DNA of 32,000 nt from Pseudomonas aeruginosa (GCF_001457615.1 NZ_LN831024.1:6000001-6032000); one strand, 5' to 3'. Numbered from the stretch's first letter, positions 1 through 9,154 are shown. Notes: generated by a model not told the origin, from the sequence alone. Translations and numbers: made by a program.

Positions 1-360
1 CAACTGGACCTCCGCGATTTGCGAGAAAGTGCCCTTGAAACGGCTGCTCGCCGGTATGCCATCCAGCAGCAGGCGCACCGAGAGGCCCGGCACGTTGGTA
101 TTCAGGTCCGGACCATCGATCGGGTCCCAGACACTTCCCTTGTTGTACAGAGCGACGCCGATGAGATCGCAGCTGGGCTTGCCGCACAGTTGCATGGGAG
201 TGAACGTGTAGCGCGACGTGACGTTTCCCTCGGGAAGGATCGAGGGGACGGCGATATCGCGGCCGCCGAAAGCGTACAGATTGGCAGCCATGCTGGTGCC
301 GGCGGGAACGAACAGGAATGCCGCGATCAGCAGGGTTCTACGGAACGTCTTGAACTCCAT
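1..360 (-). CDS. Exported hypothetical protein, 5' part only (ORF runs off the left edge of the window)
   Basis: Absent from the supplied ORF track because no stop lies in the window. ATG at 360..358 opens a frame that stays open for 120 codons to position 1: MEFKTFRRTLLIAAFLFVPAGTSMA/ANLYAFGG... A basic n-region, hydrophobic core and SMA/A cleavage-like site indicate a Sec signal peptide. The mature part has a Cys pair (CGKPSC) and is faintly fimbrial-subunit-like. No clear Shine-Dalgarno, which is the weak point. Confidence 0.6.
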   Translation of the reverse strand, partial: MEFKTFRRTLLIAAFLFVPAGTSMAANLYAFGGRDIAVPSILPEGNVTSRYTFTPMQLCGKPSCDLIGVALYNKGSVWDPIDGPDLNTNVPGLSVRLLLDGIPASSRFKGTFSQIAEVQL

Positions 361-735
361 GGGATGACAACCGATGTGTCCGGCATGTCCGGGAAAATCC
401 ACCGGAACCGGAGTGAACTTGATGGGTGGCTAATCTTTTCAGAACACCTGGAAAGGAGCCATAAGACAGGACCTACACGGCTCCGCGAATCCACCTAAGA
501 ATCGCTAGGAAAATTCTTAAGCAAGCTCTACAGCTCGCTCTCTGGCAACCCCGGACGCCGCTTGGAGCGCCTGGATGGCAAGCAGCTTCGGTTGACGATG
601 TGGAACGGTAGCGCTGCCACCGGAAAGGAAAAGGCCTTGGCCCGTCGCCAGCCGTGCCTGAACAGGCGAAAGATCGGCTCGCCAACCGGGATGCGGCGGG
701 GCGAGATGCCCGTCAAAGTGACCGGCGCCATAGCA

Positions 736-770
736 CAAGGCCCGCCATCCCTTGCGGGAGGCGGGCCTTG
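736..770 (-). terminator. Strong GC hairpin 14 nt downstream of the sutA stop (no U-tract)
   Basis: CAAGGCCCGCC (736-746) pairs perfectly with GGCGGGCCTTG (760-770). An inner TCCC (748-751) / GGGA (756-759) stem closes on loop TTGC. No T-run follows on the minus strand, so it is a terminator-like or RNA-stabilising hairpin rather than a textbook intrinsic terminator. Confidence 0.4.
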
Positions 771-783
771 GGATGGCGCGAAA

Positions 784-1099
784 TCAGATGGGGCGGCTGC
801 CGTACTTGCTGTCCGGCTTCTTCGGCGGATCGGCCACCACGTTGGGTTCGATCTCCTGCACCTTTCCACCGCGGGAAAGGAACTCCTCCATCGCCTTGGC
901 GAGGGCGTCACGCTCTTTCTGCTTGGCTTCGACCGAGGGCAGCTCCTCTTCCACCACGGCGGCTTTCGCCTTCTTCCCGGGGCGGGGCCTCGTCGCCGTC
1001 GCCGCTGTCCGCTTCGCCGTCGTCGGCCGCGGCCAGCTCTTCGCCGTCGTCCTCGTCAGCGCCGTCCAGCTCGTCCTGTTCCAGTTCTTCTTCGCTCAT
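784..1099 (-). pseudogene. sutA: sutA-like small acidic RNA-polymerase-associated regulator, reading frame interrupted as given
   Basis: ATG 1099..1097 gives MSEEELEQDELDGADEDDGEELAAADDGEADSGDGDEAP..., the acidic N-tail typical of SutA, then runs into nonsense and stops at TGA 910..908. The conserved C-terminal part GKKAKAAVVEEELPSVEAKQKERDALAKAMEEFLSRGGKVQEIEPNVVADPPKKPDSKYGSRPI is encoded from 978 to stop 786..784 in a different frame. The total span is 316 nt, not a multiple of 3. The junction lies in + strand cccggggcggggcc (976-989). Confidence 0.7.
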
Positions 1100-1176
1100 G
1101 GTCAACCTCTCGGTGCTGCAAAAGCAGGTTAGTTATAGCCCAGCCGCGCGTTTTGATGAGCGCCGCCGGAAAAAAT

Positions 1177-1602
1177 TCATACTGACTCGCCCTGCCAGGT
1201 GGCGAGCACGCGCCGTGCCCCGCCCCTGTCCCGGTGTTCACCGAGATAGATCCCCTGCCAGGTGCCCAGTGCCAACCCTCCCGACTGTATCGGCAGGGTC
1301 AGTTGGCAGCCCAGCAGGCTGGCCTTGAAATGCGCCGGAAGGTCGTCCGGACCTTCGTCGTTGTGTTCATAGCCGACTTCGCCGCGTGGCGCCAGCCGCT
1401 CGAAAAAACGCTCGAAATCCCGGCGTACGGCAGGATCGGCATTTTCATTCAGGGTCAGTGAAGCCGACGTATGTTGCAAAAGCAGGTGCAGCAGGCCGAC
1501 CCGGCACCGCCGAAGCTCCGGCAAGGCGTCGAGTATCTCCTCGGTGACGAGGTGAAAGCCCCGCGGACGCGGGCGCAAGGTGATCAGGGTCTGCTGCCAC
1601 AT
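1177..1602 (-). CDS. YjbQ/UPF0047 family protein (secondary thiamine-phosphate synthase-like)
   Basis: 141-aa ORF with ATG at 1602..1600. It carries the family-typical [19 protein letters not shown] and [13 protein letters not shown] motifs. Confidence 0.85.
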   Translation of the reverse strand: MWQQTLITLRPRPRGFHLVTEEILDALPELRRCRVGLLHLLLQHTSASLTLNENADPAVRRDFERFFERLAPRGEVGYEHNDEGPDDLPAHFKASLLGCQLTLPIQSGGLALGTWQGIYLGEHRDRGGARRVLATWQGESV

Positions 1603-1831
1603 GCTGCTGTTCCAAATCGGCTCCGATCCGTCGCGCCGCGCATTCTAGCGCGGCATTTGAAAAAGCAAAGAGCGTAAGAGGCAGACCTGTGAAAGCTGAT
1701 GGTGGCGCAGTCCGCTGGCAGTCACTGAAAGACCGGTTGCGGAAAGGTGGTGGCAGTCGCGGGAAGCGCCCAGGACTTTCGACGCACAAGGGCATGGCGT
1801 TCGGCGAAGGCGAGCGCGGGAGGCAAACCGA

Positions 1832-1852
1832 CGCCCGGCGGAAAGCCGGGCG
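1832..1852 (-). terminator. Candidate amtB terminator hairpin
   Basis: CGCCCGGC (1832-1839), loop GGAAA, GCCGGGCG (1845-1852), lying 11 nt past the amtB stop. On the minus strand it is followed by TCGGTTTGCC, a weak U-tract. Confidence 0.35.
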
Positions 1853-1862
1853 CCGGCAGGTA

Positions 1863-3191
1863 TTACAGGTTGTAGCCGCGCTCGTTGTGCAGCGCCAGGT
1901 CGAGGCCGACCGCTTCCTCTTCCTCGGTGACCCGCAGGCCCATGACCAGGTCCAGCACCTTGAGGATCACGAAGGTCACCACGGCGGTGTAGACCACGGT
2001 GAAGGCCACGCCCTTGAACTGCACGAAGAACTGCGCGCCGATGTCCTCCACGCTGCCGAAGCCGCCCAGCGACGGCGCCGCGAAGATCCCGGTGAGCAGC
2101 GCGCCGACGATACCGCCGACCGCATGTACGCCGAAGGCGTCGAGGGAATCGTCGTATTTCAGCGCGCGCTTGAGACTGGTGGCGGCGAAGAAACAGATCA
2201 CCCCGGAGGCCAGGCCGATCACCAGCGCGCCCATCGGACCGGCGGTGCCGGCGGCCGGGGTGATGGCCACCAGACCGGCGACCACGCCGGACGCGATGCC
2301 CAGGGCGCTCGGCTTGCCGTGGGTGATCCACTCGGCGAACATCCAGGCCAGGGCCGCGGCGGCGGTGGCGATCTGGGTCACCAGCATGGCCATCCCGGCG
2401 GTGCCGTTGGCGGCGGCGGCGGAACCGGCGTTGAAACCGAACCAGCCGATCCACAGCATGGCCGCCCCGACCAAGGTGTAGCCGAGGTTGTGCGGCGCCA
2501 TCGGCGTGGTCGGGTAGCCCTTGCGCTTGCCCAGCACCAGGCAGGCGACCAGACCGGCGATACCGGCGTTGATGTGCACCACGGTGCCGCCGGCGAAGTC
2601 CAGCACGCCCCAGTCCCACATCAGGGCGCCGTCACCGCTCCAGACCATGTGCGCGATCGGCGCGTAGACCACGGTGAACCAGACCGCCATGAAGATCAGC
2701 ATCGCCGAGAACTTCATGCGCTCGGCGAAGGCGCCGACGATCAGCGCCGGAGTGATGATCGCGAAGGTCATCTGGAAGGTGATGAACACGCTTTCCGGGA
2801 ACAGCGCGGTGGCGGAAGTCAGGCCGTCGGCGGTGAGACCGCTGAGGAAGGCCTTGTCCAGTCCGCCGACGAAGGAATTGAAGTTGAGGACGCCCTTCTC
2901 CATCCCGGCGGTATCGAACGCCAGGCTGTAGCCATAGACCACCCAGAGAATGGTGATCAGGCCGGTGATGGCGAAGCACTGCATCATGATCGACAGCACG
3001 TTCTTCGCTCGCACCATGCCGCCGTAGAACAGCGCCAGGCCGGGGATGGTCATGAGCAGGACGAGCGCAGTGGAGATCAGCATCCAGGCGGTGTCGCCGC
3101 TGTTCAGGACGGGCTCCTCGGCGGCCAGGGCGACGCCCGGCAAAGCGAGGGACAATAGGGCTCCTAGCCCTGCGATCTTACGCAGAGTCAT
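1863..3191 (-). CDS. amtB: Ammonium channel AmtB
   Basis: 442-aa polytopic membrane ORF with signal peptide MTLRKIAGLGALLSLALPGVALA. Amt-family motifs are present (AFAERMKF, DFAGGTVVHINAG, DDSLDAFGVHAVGGIVG). SD AGGAGA sits 8 nt upstream of the ATG. It lies immediately downstream of glnK, the classic glnK-amtB operon arrangement. Confidence 0.95.
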   Translation of the reverse strand: MTLRKIAGLGALLSLALPGVALAAEEPVLNSGDTAWMLISTALVLLMTIPGLALFYGGMVRAKNVLSIMMQCFAITGLITILWVVYGYSLAFDTAGMEKGVLNFNSFVGGLDKAFLSGLTADGLTSATALFPESVFITFQMTFAIITPALIVGAFAERMKFSAMLIFMAVWFTVVYAPIAHMVWSGDGALMWDWGVLDFAGGTVVHINAGIAGLVACLVLGKRKGYPTTPMAPHNLGYTLVGAAMLWIGWFGFNAGSAAAANGTAGMAMLVTQIATAAAALAWMFAEWITHGKPSALGIASGVVAGLVAITPAAGTAGPMGALVIGLASGVICFFAATSLKRALKYDDSLDAFGVHAVGGIVGALLTGIFAAPSLGGFGSVEDIGAQFFVQFKGVAFTVVYTAVVTFVILKVLDLVMGLRVTEEEEAVGLDLALHNERGYNL

Positions 3192-3230
3192 GTTGGTATT
3201 CTCCTGGGGCTTTTGGGGGTTCGGTTGGGC

Positions 3231-3773
<543 letters not shown>

Positions 3774-3890
3774 TCAGTGCACGCCTCACCCCGGCCAAAG
3801 CAGAAAGCTTGCCAGCTCCGGCAAATCCGCCGGATTTCAAGCTCTTAGCCGCCAGCCCGGGGATAGTGCGGAACGCCGGGCTCCGGGCGG

Positions 3891-3907
3891 CGCACCAAAT
3901 AGGCGCA
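3891..3907. promoter_or_regulatory. Candidate NtrC-type enhancer site
   Basis: CGCACCAAATAGGCGCA matches the NtrC dyad consensus TGCACCA-N3-TGGTGCA at 11 of 14 specified positions. It lies about 165-180 nt upstream of the candidate sigma-54 promoter. Confidence 0.3.
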
Positions 3908-4008
3908 GACGCGCTCCGACAGTTGCGCAAAAAGTGTGCAATGGCCCTCCCGCGAGCGCCGCCGACATCGTGCTAGACTGCCGCCCACTCGTTACCGGAA
4001 CCCTCGCC

Positions 4009-4269
4009 ATGCTGCCGCCCAAAGCCGTCTTCGAAGCCCTCAGCCAACAAGCCAGCCGCCTGTTCGCCGGCGAATCGCCGTTGCCCAAGGCCGAGCTGGA
4101 GTCGCAGTTCCGCGCCCTGATGCAGAGCGCCTTCAGCAAGCTCGACCTGGTCAGCCGCGAGGAGTTCGACAGCCAGATGCTGGTCCTCGCCCGCACTCGC
4201 GCACGGCTGGAAGCCCTGGAGGCCAAGGTGGCGGAACTCGAAAGCAAGCTGACGCCGCCCGCCGACTGA
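4009..4269 (+). CDS. ubiK: UbiK/YqiC (BMFP) family coiled-coil protein, ubiquinone biosynthesis accessory factor
   Basis: 86 aa from ATG 4009: MLPPKAVFEALSQQASRLFAG...LDLVSREEFDSQMLVLARTRARLEALEAKVAELESKL. The size and the C-terminal heptad coiled coil are typical of the family. It is followed 40 nt later by comM. Confidence 0.8.
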   Translation: MLPPKAVFEALSQQASRLFAGESPLPKAELESQFRALMQSAFSKLDLVSREEFDSQMLVLARTRARLEALEAKVAELESKLTPPAD

Positions 4270-4309
4270 TCCTCCCCCCTGCGAGCGGCGTGAGATCAAG
4301 GAGCGATCC

Positions 4310-5803
4310 ATGTCCCTGGCGATTGTCCACAGCCGAGCCCAGGTCGGCGTCGAAGCCCCCTGCGTCAGCGTCGAGGCGCACCTGGCCAACGGCCTGCCTT
4401 CGCTGACCCTGGTCGGCCTGCCGGAAACCGCGGTGCGCGAGAGCAAGGACCGCGTGCGCAGCGCCCTGCTCAATGCCGGTTTCGACTTCCCCGCGCGGCG
4501 CATCACCCTCAACCTCGCCCCCGCCGACCTACCCAAGGACGGCGGTCGCTTCGACCTGGCCATCGCACTCGGCATCCTCGCCGCCAGCGGCCAGTTGCCC
4601 GGCACCGCCCTCGACGGCCTGGAGTGCCTCGGCGAACTGGCCCTGTCCGGGGCGATCCGGCCAGTGCGAGGCGTATTGCCGGCCGCGCTGGCGGCGCGCG
4701 ACGCAAGGCGCGTTCTGGTGGTACCGAAGGAAAATGCCGAAGAGGCCAGCCTGGCCAGCGGGCTGACGGTGTTCGCCGTGGACCACCTGCTGGAGATCGC
4801 CGGACACCTCTCCGGCCAGGCCCCGCTGCCGCCCTACCAGGCCCGCGGCCTGCTCCGCGCGCCCTTCCCTTATCCAGACCTGGCCGAGGTCCAGGGCCAG
4901 GCCGCCGCCAAGCGCGCCCTGCTGGTGGCCGCCGCCGGCGCGCACAACCTGTTGCTCAGCGGCCCGCCGGGCACCGGCAAGACCCTCCTGGCCAGCCGCC
5001 TGCCCGGCCTGCTGCCGGCGCTCGACGAGGACGAAGCCCTGGAGGTCGCGGCGATCCATTCGGTGGCCAGCCACGTCCCCCTCAGGCACTGGCCGCAGCG
5101 ACCGTTCCGCCAGCCGCACCACTCCGCCTCCGCGCCGGCCCTGGTCGGCGGCGGCAGCCGCCCGCAGCCGGGCGAGATCACCCTGGCGCACCAGGGCGTG
5201 CTGTTCCTCGACGAACTGCCGGAGTTCGAGCGCAAGGTCCTGGAGGTCCTGCGCGAACCGCTGGAAAGCGGCGAGATCGTCATTGCCCGGGCCAACGGCC
5301 GGGTACGTTTCCCGGCGCGCTTCCAACTGGTGGCGGCGATGAATCCCTGTCCCTGTGGCTACCTCGGCGATCCCAGTGGCCGCTGCCGCTGCACCCCGGA
5401 ACAGGTCCAGCGCTACCGGGGCAAGCTGTCCGGACCGCTGCTCGATCGCATCGACCTGCACGTCAGCGTGCTCCGCGAAAGCACCAGCCTGCAGCCAGGA
5501 CACGGCGAAACCGCTACCGCCGAGGTCAGCGAACGGGTGGGCGCCGCACGGCAACGGCAACTGGCCCGCCAGGGCTGCGCCAATGCCCATCTCGATCTCC
5601 AGGCGATGCACCGCAATTGTGCACTCGCCGAAGCGGACCGCCGCTGGCTGGAGGCTGCCGGAGAGCGCCTGGAACTTTCCTTGCGCGCCTTGCATCGCAT
5701 ACTCAAGGTGGCCCGGACGCTGGCCGACCTGGAGCGCATCGATGCCATCGAACGCCGGCACCTGGCGGAAGCCCTGCAGTATCGGGCAATGACCTCCACG
5801 TGA
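4310..5803 (+). CDS. comM: YifB/ComM family Mg-chelatase-like AAA+ ATPase
   Basis: 497 aa, with SD AAGGAG upstream. It has an N-terminal Lon-protease-like domain (LVGLPETAVRESKDRV), Walker A GPPGTGKT, Walker B VLFLDELPEF and a C4 zinc cluster NPCPCGYLGDPSGRCRC. Confidence 0.92.
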   Translation: MSLAIVHSRAQVGVEAPCVSVEAHLANGLPSLTLVGLPETAVRESKDRVRSALLNAGFDFPARRITLNLAPADLPKDGGRFDLAIALGILAASGQLPGTALDGLECLGELALSGAIRPVRGVLPAALAARDARRVLVVPKENAEEASLASGLTVFAVDHLLEIAGHLSGQAPLPPYQARGLLRAPFPYPDLAEVQGQAAAKRALLVAAAGAHNLLLSGPPGTGKTLLASRLPGLLPALDEDEALEVAAIHSVASHVPLRHWPQRPFRQPHHSASAPALVGGGSRPQPGEITLAHQGVLFLDELPEFERKVLEVLREPLESGEIVIARANGRVRFPARFQLVAAMNPCPCGYLGDPSGRCRCTPEQVQRYRGKLSGPLLDRIDLHVSVLRESTSLQPGHGETATAEVSERVGAARQRQLARQGCANAHLDLQAMHRNCALAEADRRWLEAAGERLELSLRALHRILKVARTLADLERIDAIERRHLAEALQYRAMTST

Positions 5804-5927
5804 AGCGTAATAATTCAGCAAAGCTATCGATTAAGGCTTTTCGAATCAAATTAGCTATCACGATGTGTTAGGCTGTTTCGTCTTCCGCCTTCGGCGGGCA
5901 ATCCGATCACAAGGAGAGCTAGCTTAC

Positions 5928-7913
5928 ATGGAGACACCCACTACCCCCCGGAGCACCCTGAATCCTCCGGTCTTCTATACCTCCGCCGCCCTGATCCTGG
6001 CCCTGGTGCTGTTTACCGTGCTCCTCCAGGAAGAAGCGCAATCGCTGTTCAACCACGTCCAGCAATGGATCATCACCAACGCCAGCTGGTTCTACGTACT
6101 GGCCGTGGCGCTGATCCTGATCAGCGTGGTGTTCCTCGCCGTCAGCCGCTACGGCGACATCAAGCTCGGCCCCGACCACAGTCGTCCCGACTACCGCAAC
6201 ACCACCTGGTTCGCCATGCTGTTCTCCGCCGGCATGGGCATCGGCCTGATGTTCTTCGGCGTTGCCGAACCGGTGATGCACTTCACCACCCCGCCGGTGG
6301 GCGAGCCGAACACCGTGCAGGCGGCGAAGGAAGCGATGAAGCTGACCTTCTTCCACTGGGGCCTGCATGCCTGGGCGATCTACGCCATCGTCGCGCTGAT
6401 CCTGGCCTTCTTCAGCTATCGCCACGGCCTGCCGCTGACCCTGCGCTCGGCGCTGTATCCGCTGATCGGCGAACGTATCTACGGCCCCATCGGCCACGCG
6501 GTGGATATCTTCGCGATCATCGGCACCGTGTTCGGCGTGGCGACTTCGCTCGGCTACGGCGTGCTGCAGATCAACAGCGGCCTGCACCACCTGTTCGGCT
6601 GGCCGGTGAACCAGACCGTGCAGATCGCCCTGATCGCCGCCACCTGCGGCCTCGCCACGCTATCGGTGGCCAGCGGACTGGACCGCGGCATCCGCATCCT
6701 GTCCGAACTGAACCTGAGCCTGGCGGTGATCCTGCTGCTCTTCGTGCTGGTCCTCGGGCCGACCGTGTTTCTCCTGCAGACCTACGTGCAGAACACCGGG
6801 GCCTACCTGTCCGACATCGTCAACAAGACCTTCAACCTGTACGCCTACGAGCCCACCGACTGGATCGGCGGCTGGACCCTGCTGTACTGGGGCTGGTGGC
6901 TGTCCTGGTCGCCCTTCGTCGGCCTGTTCATCGCCCGTATCTCGCGCGGCCGCACCATCCGCGAATTCGTCTGCGGCGTGCTGTTCGTCCCGGCCGGCTT
7001 CACCCTGCTGTGGATGACGGTGTTCGGCGATACCGCCATCCACATGGTCCTGCAGGAGGGCTTCACCCAGTTGGCCGAAGTGGTCAACCAGGACAGTTCG
7101 GTGGCGCTGTTCGCCTTCCTCGAGCACTTCCCGCTGGGCAGCGTGATCTCGCTGGTAGCGGTGCTGATGGTGGTGGTGTTCTTCGTCACCTCGGCCGACT
7201 CCGGCGCGCTGGTGGTGGACATGCTGGCCTCCAGCGGCAAGGACCACTCGCCGCTCTGGCAGCGGATATTCTGGTCGGTGCTGATGGGCGTGGTGGCCAT
7301 CGCCCTGCTCCTCGCCGATGGCCTCAAGGCGCTGCAAACCGCGACCATCGCCAGCGCGCTGCCATTCTCCATCGTGCTCCTGGCGTCGATCTGGGGCCTG
7401 TTCAAGGCGCTGCACCTGGATGCCACCAAGCGCGGCATCCGCTACCAGGCGCTGACCTTCTCCCGCCCCACCACGCGCAGCGGCGCAAGCGAGGGCGACG
7501 GTTGGCAGCGCCGCCTGCGCAACATCGCCATGTTCCCAAGGCGCAGCCACGTCAACCGCTTCATCACCGATGTGGCGCGACCGGCCTGCGAGGACGTCGC
7601 CGCCGAACTGCGCAAGCAGGGCTACGAAGTCCAGGTGCAGGACGGCGAGGACGGCCGGGTTCGGCTGGAAGTCAGCCACGGCGGCGAGGTCGATTTCATC
7701 TACGAGGTGCGTCCGCGCGCCTTCACCACGCCGAGCTTCGTGATGCGCGACACCGAGGACAGCAGCGAGTCGCGCAAGTATTTCCGCGCCGAGGTCCATC
7801 TCCAGGAAGGCGGCCAGGACTACGACATCATGGGCTGGAGCCGCGACGGCGTGATCGGCGACATCCTCGACCAGTACGAGCGGCACATGCACTTCCTGCA
7901 CGTGGTGCGCTGA
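5928..7913 (+). CDS. betT2: BCCT-family choline/betaine transporter
   Basis: 661 aa from ATG 5928, with SD AAGGAG at 5911-5916. The BCCT tryptophan-box signature GWTLLYWGWWLSWSPFVGLFIARISRGRTIREF is present, and a long cytoplasmic C-terminal tail follows. It is convergent with pchP. The symbol is given from memory of PAO1 PA5291. Confidence 0.88.
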   Translation: METPTTPRSTLNPPVFYTSAALILALVLFTVLLQEEAQSLFNHVQQWIITNASWFYVLAVALILISVVFLAVSRYGDIKLGPDHSRPDYRNTTWFAMLFSAGMGIGLMFFGVAEPVMHFTTPPVGEPNTVQAAKEAMKLTFFHWGLHAWAIYAIVALILAFFSYRHGLPLTLRSALYPLIGERIYGPIGHAVDIFAIIGTVFGVATSLGYGVLQINSGLHHLFGWPVNQTVQIALIAATCGLATLSVASGLDRGIRILSELNLSLAVILLLFVLVLGPTVFLLQTYVQNTGAYLSDIVNKTFNLYAYEPTDWIGGWTLLYWGWWLSWSPFVGLFIARISRGRTIREFVCGVLFVPAGFTLLWMTVFGDTAIHMVLQEGFTQLAEVVNQDSSVALFAFLEHFPLGSVISLVAVLMVVVFFVTSADSGALVVDMLASSGKDHSPLWQRIFWSVLMGVVAIALLLADGLKALQTATIASALPFSIVLLASIWGLFKALHLDATKRGIRYQALTFSRPTTRSGASEGDGWQRRLRNIAMFPRRSHVNRFITDVARPACEDVAAELRKQGYEVQVQDGEDGRVRLEVSHGGEVDFIYEVRPRAFTTPSFVMRDTEDSSESRKYFRAEVHLQEGGQDYDIMGWSRDGVIGDILDQYERHMHFLHVVR

Positions 7914-7920
7914 GGGATGC

Positions 7921-7943
7921 GGGGGCCGGCCAATGCCGGCCCC
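7921..7943. terminator. Hairpin between the convergent betT2 and pchP genes
   Basis: GGGGCCGGC (7922-7930), loop CAAT, GCCGGCCCC (7935-7943), a perfect 9-bp GC stem within the 42-nt gap between the two stop codons. U-tracts are poor on both strands. Confidence 0.5.
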
Positions 7944-7955
7944 TCGCCGTTTCGC

Positions 7956-9004
7956 CTACTGGATCTGCTCCGGAGTGACGATCACCCAGTTCCTGTCCGC
8001 CGTCACCGGCAGGCCGGCCTTGGCCTGTGCGGCGGAATGCTGCTTGATCATGCCGTTGATCTGCTCCATGTACTTGGCCTTGCGGTTGACCCACAGGTGC
8101 ACGCCGTTTTCCGCGGTGCCGTTGAACAGCATGTAACCGTCGCTGTCCGGGGTATCGCCGGCGACCAGGATCGGCCGCTTCCAGCGGTCGATGTAGGTGA
8201 GGATCGCAGCCTGCTTGCCGGCCATCCAGGTCGCCGGGGTCCACAGGTAGGGGGTCACCTCCAGGTCGAGGTTGACCTTGGGATCGTACTTGCCCTCGGC
8301 GATCTGCTTGCGCGCAGTGGTCAGCTCGCCGGTCTTGCGGTTCTTCAGCAGGGTGGTGACGCCGATGACGTTCTCCGGCTTGGCGTTGTAGCCATACCTG
8401 GGGTCCGCCGCGACCATCCGCACCAGTTCCTCATGGGCCGCGCTGATCACGTAGACCTCGATGCCGTTTTCCATCAGCTTGTTGTAAAGCTCGCGCTGGC
8501 CGCTGAACACGCGCGGCGGCTCGACGTCGAGCGTGGCGAGCTTGTCGCCGTCGTAATAGGTGGCGGGGATCGGCTTGCCGTAGGCCATCAGTTCGTCGAC
8601 ATAGCCCTTCAGTTCCCTGAGGGTGAAGCCTGAGAACACCTGGGCGACCCAGGGATAGCAGACCATGTCGTCGATCTCGCAAAGCCGGTAGTAGTAGCTG
8701 AACAGGCTCTCCTTGTGCCCGGCCTGGTCCTTGAACGGGATCAGTTTCAGCGAAGGGTCGAGCCTGTCGCGGGTCAGCACGCCCTTCATTTCCAGATAGG
8801 GCAGCAGCGATTCTTCCAGGTCGTAGCGATAGCTGGTGTTGTCCATGTCGAACACGGCATAGGCGCCCTTGTTCGCGTTGGCCTCGATCAGTGCATTCAG
8901 TTGCCTGGCGGCGGGGCCGGCCAGTGCTCGAGTTCGGTGGCGCTGGCCTGGCCGACTGCGGCGGCGAGCGCCAGCGCGGCGAGTATTCCTTTGGCGAAGG
9001 TCAT
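7956..9004 (-). pseudogene. pchP: Phosphorylcholine phosphatase PchP (HAD family, periplasmic), signal peptide and catalytic body in different frames as given
   Basis: ATG 9004..9002 gives MTFAKGILAALALAAAVGQASA/TELEHWPAPPPGN, then TGA at 8899..8897. The body (..ARQLNALIEANANKGAYAVFDMDNTSYRYDLEE... to IVTPEQIQ, stop 7958..7956) is in another frame, whose first start codon is GTG 8855 or ATG 8846. The span is 1049 nt; one extra base would give a 349-aa preprotein. The HAD motif I DMDNT is present. Confidence 0.8.
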
Positions 9005-9079
9005 GGCGGGTTCCTTTGGGCGGTTGGAAGGAAGCTCCGTCCCCTGCCGCTCCCGACAGGCAACGACCAACGACCCTAG

Positions 9080-9095
9080 CGCAAACCCTGCGCCC
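9080..9095 (-). promoter_or_regulatory. Candidate sigma-54 (-24/-12) promoter for pchP
   Basis: The minus strand reads GGGCGCAGGGTTTGCG, i.e. GGC-C then N5 then TTGC with canonical spacing, about 75 nt upstream of the pchP ATG. As I recall, pchP expression has been reported to depend on sigma-54, NtrC and GbdR. The site itself is a pattern match only. Confidence 0.4.
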
Positions 9096-9154
9096 GGCCC
9101 AGCGACGGCAGCGACCTGTAACGTCGCGTCAGCGCCAGGAGTTGTCCGGCGGCG

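Noticed and set aside
976-990. Programmed ribosomal frameshifting as an explanation for the sutA (and pchP, 8905-8920) frame breaks
   Set aside because: There is no slippery heptamer, no downstream pseudoknot or strong hairpin at the right distance, and no precedent I know of for these families. A simple indel is more parsimonious.
1689-3158. 489-aa + strand ORF antisense to amtB. Similar long antisense ORFs lie opposite comM (4529-5821), betT2 (6660-7901), proE (11623-13209), poxB (15570-16820), the CoA-transferase-like gene (18554-20500), dadA (22924-24348) and pauB4 (28565-30244).
   Set aside because: These are shadow ORFs, expected in GC-rich DNA where stop codons are rare. Their translations are Arg/Gly/Ala/His/Asp/Gln-rich low-complexity strings with no recognisable motifs and no SD sequences. 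In every case the opposite strand encodes a well-recognised full-length protein.
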